NCBI RefSeq assembly: GCF_022539665.2
Contig: NC_081331.1
Location: 9,858,001 to 9,922,000, forward strand
Origin: Daphnia carinata
Lineage: Eukaryota
Reading direction: 5' to 3'
Length of the DNA stretch: 64,000 nt
The notes under the pieces were generated by a model. That model saw only the letters and a list, made by a program, of their open reading frames with translations, did not search any database and was not told where the DNA came from. Each line of letters starts with the position of its first letter. Positions within the stretch are counted from its first letter, which is position 1. Positions 53,901 through 64,000 of the stretch are shown piece by piece. Made by a program: the position numbers and the translations under genes.

Positions 53901-56900
53901 GAACACCCACCAATTACCTTATGATTTTCCGTTCCTAGTTGTTAACATTTACGCACGTAAGAAAAATGATCCTTGCAACCAAATGATTTAAGCTCGAACT
54001 GTTGACGATGTTTCTTCATTTTTTTTTTTTTCTTTGTGTCTTTTTTTTTTTTTTAATTTGTTTTCATTACGAAAGTAAGTAGTTCTCTAACAAAAACGAT
54101 GACACGATGAATAACGAACAAAAATTGCCTTGCTTCCTCTTTTTTTTGTTGCCCCCATCCTGCCCCCCCACATCGAGGATAACTGATGGCCAAATGTATT
54201 CATTTCTTTTTGGTGTTTTTACTGTCGCGACGTGCGTCTCTGGCGATGCCCAACGAACAAAACCCCGCGACCGCGTCCCTCTTCCGTGTGATTGTGGTTT
54301 GCAGCTGCGAGTGATCAGAGCGTTCAAGTCTACGCTGGAGGACCTGGAGGAGAAGCGGTCCGAACACAGTGTGCACAGTTTGCGGAGTTCACGGAGTCAG
54401 TCGGGCCTGCGCCCGCTCTCGGACATCACGTACATAGACGACGATCCCTTGCTTAAGGCGGCGGCGTCTCAACATCACACCCCCGGTGAGCGTGAGCTCC
54501 ACGACAGGAGCCGTCCACCTATCGCTTTGACTTCCGACGGTTTGTTGGCGGTTGCTGGCGGATTCGGGGGCGCAGGTAGTGGCGCTGGAGCGGGTGGGCA
54601 TCATCATCACCACCATCATCACAGACAGCAACGGCACGCGTCGTCTGCCGAACACACGAACAACAATAACAGGGCGACTGAGCGCAAGAGCGCCAGCGCT
54701 GGTTCCAGTGCCGTTCCATCGGCGTTGACCATTAACGGCCATCACGTCAATCAGCCGACCGCTCGATCCCATTCCAATACCCATCCGCAATTCCAAACGT
54801 CAACACTTGTCAATGAATCCAACTCTTCTTACCTGACCAGTATGTCCCCGCCTCAATTGCTCACCCCATACCAAGCCAGCAGCTCTCATTATCAGCTGCC
54901 TCCTCAGATGCCACCCTCAAGCCTCCTACCCGTCCGCTACGACGTCCTCGACTACGATCCACTACCGGATCTGCCAGCCGATTTGCCCCGCCTCGTTCAC
55001 GAGACCAGCATCTAAAAAAATTTAAAAAGCAAAACCAAAAAAAAAAAAAAACAAACAAACAAAAAAAAAAACATTTGAATGAAAAACAACAAAAATTGAG
55101 ACACGTATTTATATATTTCACCCCTCAAAACAAAACAACCGCACGACGTGAGATTTCACATCTCTTATCACACCATCACCTTCTTATCCTCTGCGACCAC
55201 TTGGACGGCTCCTTAAATCCTCCTCCCTCCCTCAACAACATATCTTCTTCTCGCCTCTACCCCTGTCGCTCTTCGGCGTTGTTTTGTTTATTTATTATTT
55301 TTTTTTTTTTCGCTCTGCATTTCTCACACGCCAACCTCAACGTCGCCGTCTTTTTCATTAACAAACCACATATTACACAGACACACACACACACATGGGG
55401 GCTTACCTCTCTGTCCATCTTATTTGTCTCTTTCTCTTTCTCAATTCTCTCATCGCTCTCGTCTTTGTTTCGTTTTCAAAACTAAAAATGAACTAGTTAG
55501 CTGATTTCGGGTCGCTTGGTGATGTCTGTTGAGGGATTTCGTGAGGGCTCCCACTGTGAGCGTTTGAACTTCGTGTTGTTGGCCATCTCGGGCGAGATGG
55601 CCGTGCGGTTGGGGGACAAAAAAAAAAAAACGTTGAACACAAGAAAACTCGGGAGGAATGTGTGTGTGGCGCAATTTGTGAATGTACGCGGCTTTCCCTC
55701 TTGTTTTTATTCGGTGGTGTGTGTGCTCCTCGAGTCGACTTGACAGCGTTGATGAACAACGTCCGTCATAGTGATAAAAAAAAAAAAATTCTAGTTTTTA
55801 AACAAAAGAAAGTGACAATAATTTTGTAGCTTCCAAAGCAAGCCTCTTTCGATTCGTTTTTATCCGCCGCCATCTTTTGCGATTCCGCCCCTTTTTTTTT
55901 TTTTTTCTTTCTTTTGCAATTCAAATCGAATGGAACGAGTATGTCTTGTTTGATGGACGTTTCTCTTTCATTTTGGAATTGATCGTCCCCGTCTTTACGA
56001 ACCTTGCCCTCCCTCATTCTTCTTTGATAACGGCAACGCAGTGAGCGTATCGCTTTGCGTCTGATGGAAAAAATTACAAGAGAAGCAAGAAGAAGAAGGA
56101 AAAACAAAACAAAACAAAAAATATTGTGAATGCAACAAATAACAGAGACGCGAGAAGAAGACAAAAACGATGAGCGATCTGCCAGTTGTGCCTACCACGC
56201 AAGATGGAGCTGTCATTGACTTCAACATCAGACGAAAACGAAACGATTCTGTCGCCAGCCTATAAAAAATCACGAAACGAGTAGGCCATCTTACTAACTC
56301 ACGACTGCTAGTTCTTTTCTTTTTTTTTTTTTTTTTTTTTTTAATCAATTTTTTTATTTAAATTTTTTGATCGATTCGTCAATAAGATTTGATTTATTTT
56401 TCTTTTGCCATTCTCCCTCTGCGCTGTATTTAGTAGCGGTTGAATTTTATCTGTCGTTTCGCATATTTTTCGCCAATCAAAGTTTCAAATTTTGGACTGT
56501 TTGTTATTTTCGGTTGAATGACATTCTATTTAGCTTCCTCTTTTTTTTTTTTTCTATTTTACAATTTTGTTTTTTGTTTCTTTTTGTAATTGAATATGTT
56601 TTGGGTTCCGTTCGATGCGGTGAAAGGCAAAGGCCGGTATTAGTGGGAGTTCCTTTCCGTCTGTTAGCTATTTCACATAATGTCTTATCATCTTGGAACA
56701 GTTCCAAGGATTGGCGGCCAAAGCAAGGCACTGCATGTCTTCGAAATAAGCAGGGAGATATTTGATGTTGGTTGTCGTAAATCGACTTGGAGGATTCGTG
56801 TGGTAGACCTATTCGTCCACTCTTTCATCGTTACGAAATTTAGCGGTAGATCTCGGGATCTCTTCTTCATTCGGTACGCTTCTTATGATTTCTTTTGGTA

Positions 56901-59900
56901 GATTGCCTTTTTTTTCGATTTTCCTTTCCTTTTTCTTTTATTTAAATTCATTTTCTTTTTTTTTTTTTTTTTTTTTAACACTTTGAATATTGTTGCCTTG
57001 GGACTTCCTTTCCTCGATTTGTCATTAGCACCCTTTCATCTCTCTCTCCCCCTTTTACCCGACGCCTGTGTGAGGCAACAACCGATTACAAATTCATCAC
57101 CTGTGTCACCCGTATGATTTTTGTTGGCCCTTCTGTCTCCCTCTTTCTTGCTTTCTCTCCCTTACCACCCATTGTATTGAATATTCCCCTCTTTCTGAAA
57201 TCTCATCTTATATCTGAATTTATTATTATTTTTTTATTTATTTTTTCTTTTCTCCCATTTTTCGTTTTCAAATGGTACCTCATGAATCGTCTATCTTTTC
57301 CCCTCTCTAACATTCATCGGACACCGCAAAAGATGAGAAAAACAAACCACACCTTTGCATTTTTTTTTTTTTTTTGGTTTACCCTTCGATTTCAATACCC
57401 TTCAACAGGATGGTTTCCTTTGTCCTCCGAAAGAGGCAGCACACAACTTGACTATCAACTATCTTCGTCTTTTCTTTTCAAACAATTACTTGCCATCTTC
57501 TTCTCTGTCCTGTCGGATAAAAACATTTCTTTCTTTTTTTTTTTTTTTCAATTTTACCTTTCTTCTTTTTGTTTTACATCGAATAATATTTCTCTTTTCG
57601 GACATCGTTCGCCAAGTGAGAGTAGAAAGATATAGCCTTCAGCACCACTCAATCGGGGATGTTTATTGCAGTTGCCTCTTGATCGTGGCCGAACGATCTT
57701 GAGAGGCTGCAATTCTATAGTGTTGTTTTGCGCTTTTTCATGTGGTATTCAACCCCCTTTAAATAGAGTAGGAACGTTTTTAGCTGTTGACCACACAAGA
57801 ATCTACACGTATTTCTTTTCCCCTTAATGGCTGTGGCGATCAATTAGTCCCGTGAGCTTAAGATTATTATTTTTGAAACCAAATCCTACTGAAACACATT
57901 TCGTTACGTTCGTTTTACCTCAGTGTATCTTGGTACAATTTGGGATCCGATGTTGTAGTTCAATTTGGATCCTCATTCTTACAACCTTTTTCTTTTGAAA
58001 AGATATGCCATATTCCATCACCTTCGGTTCACGAAACCACTGCCTTTTTTAAAGAAATGGTGAAAATCGACTTTTGTTGCTGTCTATACACCCACGCCAG
58101 CCCTCATTTTTTTTTTTAAATCATCGTTTTATTATTTTTGACATGTGAACACTGGACTCGTCTCATCCAATTTTTCGTTTTGTTTTGTTAGGGTATAATG
58201 CGAGACAAGTGGCCGTCTTGCTAATACTCTTTTTGATTCTCTCCGCTTTGATCCTTTTTTCAGTTGTAGGACAAAACCCAAACGATCCTAAATTTTGTGT
58301 TACAAAAACATCCCGATTTTTTCGGGCTATTTCGCTTACACGATACACACTTTCTACTACCCTTTGCCGATCGGTCTTACTGGATTGATAAACATTGACG
58401 AAACCATCACTCCTGGTTCTTGTCAGCATGACTTCATTTTACAATTAAGTGAACCAAAAAAAAAAAAAAAAAAAAAATCTCTAGTTTTTCGTTTTGAGCT
58501 CTCCACCTTTCCGGTTTTATTTCCTTCTATTTTTTTTTTATGTTACATTTTTTTTTTGTTCACTAGTTGGAAGTTTATTTTCACAACTGCGACGTACCCC
58601 CACTACGAGATTTGATGATCGGGGCAATCTAAATCTCACTTCATTTTTTTCCCTTTTTATTATTTATTTTTTTTTTTTCGAATATTATAATTCGTATTAT
58701 TTTGTCGTGCATTTCATCCTGAATCGTTTGTCTTGAAAATTTAAAAAAAAAAACTACAAACAAACAAAATCACACCGCAAAAATGATCCCTGTATTCTTT
58801 GCTTTTCTCTTTTTTATTCTTACATCTACATTCCTCTCTCCGTCAAGGTGATTGGTGGTGAATTGCAGGAACGTTTGATTCCGGTTCCCTACAGCAAGAA
58901 TACCACAGACCAAGCTGTAAGCTCTTCCTGTTTTCATTTTCCGTTTTACCTGAAAAGAAAAAAAAAAAAAAAAGAATATGAGAACGAAGGAAAAACAGAA
59001 AGAAAGATGCATCAGCTTGTGGCATTTTCATAGTCATTTCTTATTTCTTATTTTGTTTTGAACTCGAGATTTTCGAATCTAAAAAAAAAAACTCTTTTTA
59101 GATTTCCCTGTCTTTTATTTCTCTTTTTTCCGCGTAGCATGAAGCTCATTTCGTTGGCATGATAATCGAGGCTGGAAGAATAGCATTAGTCGTTAATGTA
59201 TCATTTTTCATTTTGACTCTCTTCACCGCCTGATGCCTCTTGATTCTCACCTTAGAAAGCCAACAACCGACAAAACAAAGAAAGTACCGTTTGATTTGCT
59301 TGGCCTGTTCATTATTATTTTCAGTTTTCTTTTATCAGCCACGTCGGAGAGCGTGCTCCAACGTTGTTCGTTCATGTTCGCATTTCCAGGTCGATTTCCA
59401 TTTTTCATTTTCTACGTGTACCATATTAGCTTATGTTAGCTAGTCCGTGGACACCTGCATTGATCCTTCTATCCTATCCCACGTTCTATGTACATTTTTT
59501 TTTTTTTTTTTTGCTCATCTCCCCAAATTGTTTTCCTCCTTTTGTTCTTATTTCGTTTTCTCTTATCCGTTTGATGAATTTGTTTATCGAAATTCATAAT
59601 TATGGTAGGATGTAAACCTGCGAGAGATTTCACGCGTCCAGGACACCGTATTTCTTTCCCTCTTTTTTCTGAAGCACTCGCAGACAAGGCTTCATCTACA
59701 CCCTATTGGCACTGGCTGTTTATCATTTATTTTTTATTTTTTTGTGTTCAAATTCATAGTTTAGCAGGTGACATTTTTTTTTTTTTTTTAGCTGCGTATT
59801 TTTTTTTTTTCTGCCTTCCGAACTCGATGCATGCATTTCAATTTGTTTGGTTAGTCAACCCCATGGCAAAACAAGCAAGACAACCCGGCCCTCCGTGTAT

Positions 59901-62317
59901 TCTCCCTTACGCAAGTGTTCAATTCAAAAGCCTCTCTTTCCTTGTCAATCTCATTTTCTTGGTGGGAAGTTCGGAACGACATTGGTCGGGAGGGTGTAGA
60001 ATAGGAGCCAAGAGGAAGAAGATGACAAGATAATTTTTAATTAAAAAAAAAAAACCTGCCTGTTTCACACACGCTGTTATACACAGCCATGACCGGAGAC
60101 TGTGATGAAAAGGTGCTAGGCATGAACTGGCACCTCTAATCATCAGTCAGATAGCATGCTGCGTATCATCCAAACGCGCACTATTTATTTCCCCCTCTTT
60201 TCTTTCTTTAAACAAACAAAAATTACCCTTTCAAATTCAATTCCTTTTCAATCCAACCCGGTCATGCCAAACCCCCAAAGTTTCAATTTTTTTTTTTATT
60301 GTTTAACAAATGATTTATACGCCAAATCCTACGTTTCTCTTTGAAACGTTAAAATGGTTCGATATTTTAGCTTCCTATTTAATATATTCGCAGTTACTTC
60401 ACCCCAATCTCTTTCTTAGTATTTTTTACTTGATTGGGTCAGGACCGGAAAGAAAAAACGAAGGGCGGGCGGCGCATTTTTCTTTTTTTTTTAAGAGAAA
60501 ACATTTAAACAGAGACATGCAGTGTATTCGAAAGTTTCGTCCTCGGTCGACCCTTGCGCTCCATCGATTTGTTCCAATTTCTCCAGAAGCGTGAAAACAA
60601 AAATTCCACGATAAAAAAAAAAACGTTCCATCCAGCCTTTGCCAGCTGCGCGTCGTACTATCTTCGATCGATTTTCGTTTTATATTATTTTTCGGAATTT
60701 CAGTTCAAAAGCTATTTCTGTCGACTCGGTCTGATTTATTTAAGTTCCTCTTTTTTTTTTTTTTTTTATCGTGTGACAAATCGTGTCTTCGTCGTTCGGT
60801 TATCGATGTTGCCGTTGTCAGTTTGTTGGAAGCGTTAGATGTTTGCTGTACAAAGTGTTCACGTGCGATGTGCCAAAATCTGGAAATCTAATGTTTATAG
60901 CATTTGGCCGTCGTACGACGATTGTGCCGCTTTTGCGGGGATGTGTTTCCTTTGTTATTGAACTGCCGATTGAAACATTGTCGGCACTATATTCATTCGA
61001 TGTCCAGGTTCTTTTTCTTTTTTCCTTGAAATATTCTTTCCGTTATCGTTTCTATTCGTGTATTTGTAGTTATTCTTTTTATTTTTTCGTTCGTAGTTGT
61101 CGGGAGCAAGCTTCTACGGAATTTGCATTCCGGCTTGTAAATAGTAATCTGTCGCTGCTTTTATTTTTTGGTTTAGCTGACAATCTGAAATCGATCCTTC
61201 CAGGAGTCGATTTTCATTTTTATTCAAACGGCTCAAACGGAAAAAAATCGATTCCGTATATACAATTTGTAATTCGTTTCTCTTTTTACCTCCAAACGAG
61301 TCAAATGTGTTCCTTGTGTTTGACGCGCTTTCTTGGTGTCGATAAGAACTTAAGTGTTTGTTTTTTTTTTGTTTTTTTTTTTGCTCTATTTCTTTTTGCT
61401 GAGTTGTGCACGACGTATCGGAACACTGCTTTGTTTTTTGGTTTACTAGTGTGGAATGCTGGTTGAATTAATTACTAATCTCAATACTAACCATGTACGT
61501 ACATAGCTTTTTCTGGGGGAAAAGTTTTATCAATTTAATTCGTAGTCATTTAATGAGAAGAAAAGAAAGAACTCTACGGAGAACAAATTTTTTAAAAAAA
61601 TCCATGCACAGTTTCAAGTAGCTTTTCATTTTTCTGATTATTGTTTACATGCAAACTGCACTTGCCAGAATATTCCGATAACGTCCATATATGATTTTGT
61701 TTTACAATTTTCCTCTTTATTGAAGTACTATTTTTGTTTTATATGGGTCCGATTCAACTTTTAGGACCGATTTTTCCTAAAATTTTTTAAGTCATTAAGT
61801 AGAAATGGAAATCCACTTGAAACTTTCAAATGGAGCATTTTGTGCATACATTGACGAATATATACGTGTAATTGCGCAGGTCTAGTATCAATTCTAATAA
61901 TGTTTTTTTCTCTTTCTCTCTCTCTCTCTTTTTCTTTTCTTGCCCCATTTTCGCGTTTGGTTTGGTGTACGCCGTTACACAAAAAAAAAAATCCAAACAA
62001 ACGAAACGAAAAAATGAAAAAAAAAAACCAAACGAAAAATCTGCGTTTCACGGCAAATGATGCAGATCCGCGTCGTTAACGCCTTCCGCCAGGGGGTTGA
62101 TCCGCGCTTGATGGAGCGAACCAACCCCGCCCTGGCAGCGGTGCTACAGCGGCAAGCATCTGCTTCGTTGGCGAAACGTTTATCCCAGGCTTCATCAATA
62201 GACTACGCTGATGCTCCCGGAGCGACTGGCATCGGAGACCGTGAAAGGGATTACTTGGCCCCCGAGACGGATATGGAGCGGCTTTCCTCCCGGAGCCACA
62301 CGGAGACGGCGGTTTGA
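39750..62317 (+). CDS. PMCA: Plasma membrane Ca2+-transporting ATPase (P2B); exons ~39750-39906, 42196-42384, 43883-44112, 44234-44369, 44509-44643, 45970-45999, 46999-47202, 47295-47497, 47623-47865, 47951-48192, ~48287-48551, 48666-48846, ~48994-49188, ~49278-49684, 49761-49969, 50081-50232, 51395-51533, then alternative 3' exons
   Basis: [46 protein letters not shown] (phosphorylated Asp), [34 protein letters not shown] and the CaM-binding [15 protein letters not shown]. Canonical GT-AG boundaries keep frame where checked. Confidence 0.97.
45970..45999 (+). CDS. PMCA: PMCA 30-nt microexon at splice site A ([10 protein letters not shown])
   Basis: TTGCAG|AAGCC...GAAAG|GTACGC, phase 1-1, in frame between the exons ending at 44643 and starting at 46999. 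Confidence 0.75.
54305..55015 (+). CDS. PMCA: PMCA alternative terminal exon 1 ([16 protein letters not shown]...HETSI*)
   Basis: TTTGCAG acceptor. Completes the CaM-binding helix after LQTQ, carries a His-rich low-complexity insert and ends in the class I PDZ motif ETSI. Confidence 0.85.
   Translation: MRVIRAFKSTLEDLEEKRSEHSVHSLRSSRSQSGLRPLSDITYIDDDPLLKAAASQHHTPGERELHDRSRPPIALTSDGLLAVAGGFGGAGSGAGAGGHHHHHHHHRQQRHASSAEHTNNNNRATERKSASAGSSAVPSALTINGHHVNQPTARSHSNTHPQFQTSTLVNESNSSYLTSMSPPQLLTPYQASSSHYQLPPQMPPSSLLPVRYDVLDYDPLPDLPADLPRLVHETSI
58848..58916 (+). CDS. PMCA: PMCA 69-nt cassette exon ([23 protein letters not shown])
   Basis: Polypyrimidine tract and CAAG acceptor, GTAAGC donor, phase 0-0. 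I recall a similar peptide in insect PMCA isoforms. Confidence 0.8.
62066..62317 (+). CDS. PMCA: PMCA alternative terminal exon 2 ([10 protein letters not shown]...HTETAV*)
   Basis: TGCAG acceptor, canonical IRVVNAFR half of the CaM-binding domain, PDZ motif ETAV. Confidence 0.9.
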   Translation: MRVVNAFRQGVDPRLMERTNPALAAVLQRQASASLAKRLSQASSIDYADAPGATGIGDRERDYLAPETDMERLSSRSHTETAV

Positions 62318-64000
62318 AGTGGAAAAAAAAAAAAAAACAGCAAAAAAAAACAGCAAACAGCAACATAACTAAATAATTGGTAATAAATAAATTCATGATT
62401 TAATGCTCTTCGAGGCGGAGGGAAAAAAAAAAGAAGTTAAGCAAAAAAAAAAAAAAGAAAACTTACGAAATAGGAATCAAAGAAATCCATCCATCAAAAT
62501 ACTGACTTTCCCTGACTTCCCAGTTTTTTATTTCTTCGTTTTTTTTTTCTTTTTGAATTCTCCGACTCCCCCCCCCCCCACCCAGTTGTGTATTCATCTG
62601 ATTTACTCTCTTCCAACTGCTGAATAATATGTTCCCCGACGATGACTTTGATTAGCCCAAACCACTCTCGAAAAAAAGACATTTGTTTTTTCTTCAATTC
62701 TCTGTATGTTTTTTTTTTTTTTTTTTTTTTTTTGAAATTCTAATCCAGTTTTTTCCCCTCCGATGAGGATGATGTGCTATGGAACGCTTCATTTTTTACC
62801 CATGCTAACATCCACTCTCCCTTCCAACTCTTAGACGTGAAAAAGAAAAGAGAAACAAATGCAATGAGGAGCAGAAAAACACCCGACATTAACTTTGAAA
62901 TATCTTTATCATTTTATTTATTTTTATTTTTATTTTATTTTTTTGAATTATTCAACGTCAGCTGATGTCCATGCAAATGATCATTTTCTTTGTTTTGTTC
63001 TTTATATGATTTTCTCGTTTGATTTTTTTGTGTGTGAATACTTTCAAATATTGCCGTTGACGATGAAAGACACACGGGGTGGGCAACGCGATGTCGTAAT
63101 CTACTGGGGAGGGGGAGAGATATTACTTAACGGATGAGAAACCCAGTTGCCGTTTCTATTAGATTTCTACGGTCCTTTTTAAGTAAAAAAAAGAAGACAA
63201 AAAAAACGAGAAATTTTTGCGGTGTTTTTCGCCTGTGTCCTATTTAGTAAACCATTTTTTTTTTTAAACCAAACATCTTGGATGTTCTTCTTTTAGGATT
63301 TCCGTTTTTTTTTCTTTCCCTGGTTCGCCTTTATATTTTTCATTTTGTTCTTTTCGTTATGCAAATTGCAGACTCTCCCCCTTTTTTTTTTCCTTATTCT
63401 TTCACTTGTATCATATGGATCCCCTTTTGAAATATTGCCGTGTGTTTGCGTGTGCGTTTCACTTCACTTCCCATTCCCTCTTCGACTCTCTTTGTCTTTT
63501 GATTTGTTATTATTTTGGGACACCTTTTCGTTTCACTGTATAATCTTCCGTCTTAACTTCTCTCTTTTCTGTCTTATCTTCTTTCTTTACAGTGTGCTAT
63601 TTGTCGTGTACGTGTACTCCACCTTCTTCTTTTATCATTTCGTTTTTAATATTTTTTTATCCTTAAAAAAAAAAGAGGTTCTTGTGTTTTTAGGCGGACG
63701 GGAAAGACTTGTTTTTTTTTTCTCGCTATTTCAGATTCAAAATTTATAAAAGTGTGTTTTCATCCCCCCCAATTATCTCTTAGTTTGTTACCCTGTTTGA
63801 TTCACTTTTTCTTTCTTTTCTCCGTGTTCTTTTTTTTTTTCCTTTGAGGGTTGTTTCGAATGGTTTTCCAGACTCGGTCCTTATATACATAGTAAACGAG
63901 AGAACAAAGCCAGTCTTGCGTTGTCAACACTATACTTGATTACGCATCGGTTCTCATTAGTTCCTTGTTCATTCGTTTTCCCTGTTTTTTGTTCTTCTTT

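Overview
Eukaryotic, probably arthropod, genomic DNA. Short 60-100 nt introns and the gene sequences suggest a Daphnia-like crustacean (inference). The compact left ~19.5 kb holds a Tc1/mariner-like MITE and a strongly remodelled CBP/p300 (nejire-like) acetyltransferase paralog. That paralog has in-frame loss of KIX and most of TAZ2, a trimmed autoinhibitory loop, tandemly multiplied NCBD, a 4.5-kb intronless core exon and an LTR-like insertion at its 3' end. It sits in a mosaic of copied pieces of the PMCA upstream region plus a Nup205 pseudogene fragment. Then come SLC25A26 (-), a Shisa-like membrane protein gene (+) and a nearly intronless TERT (-) whose TEN domain is separated from TRBD-RT-CTE by a -1 frame break. 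The right ~44 kb is one large, homopolymer- and microsatellite-rich plasma membrane Ca2+-ATPase (PMCA) locus with a site-A microexon, a cassette exon inside the calmodulin-binding region and two alternative PDZ-ending terminal exons. All calls are by eye, without database searches.
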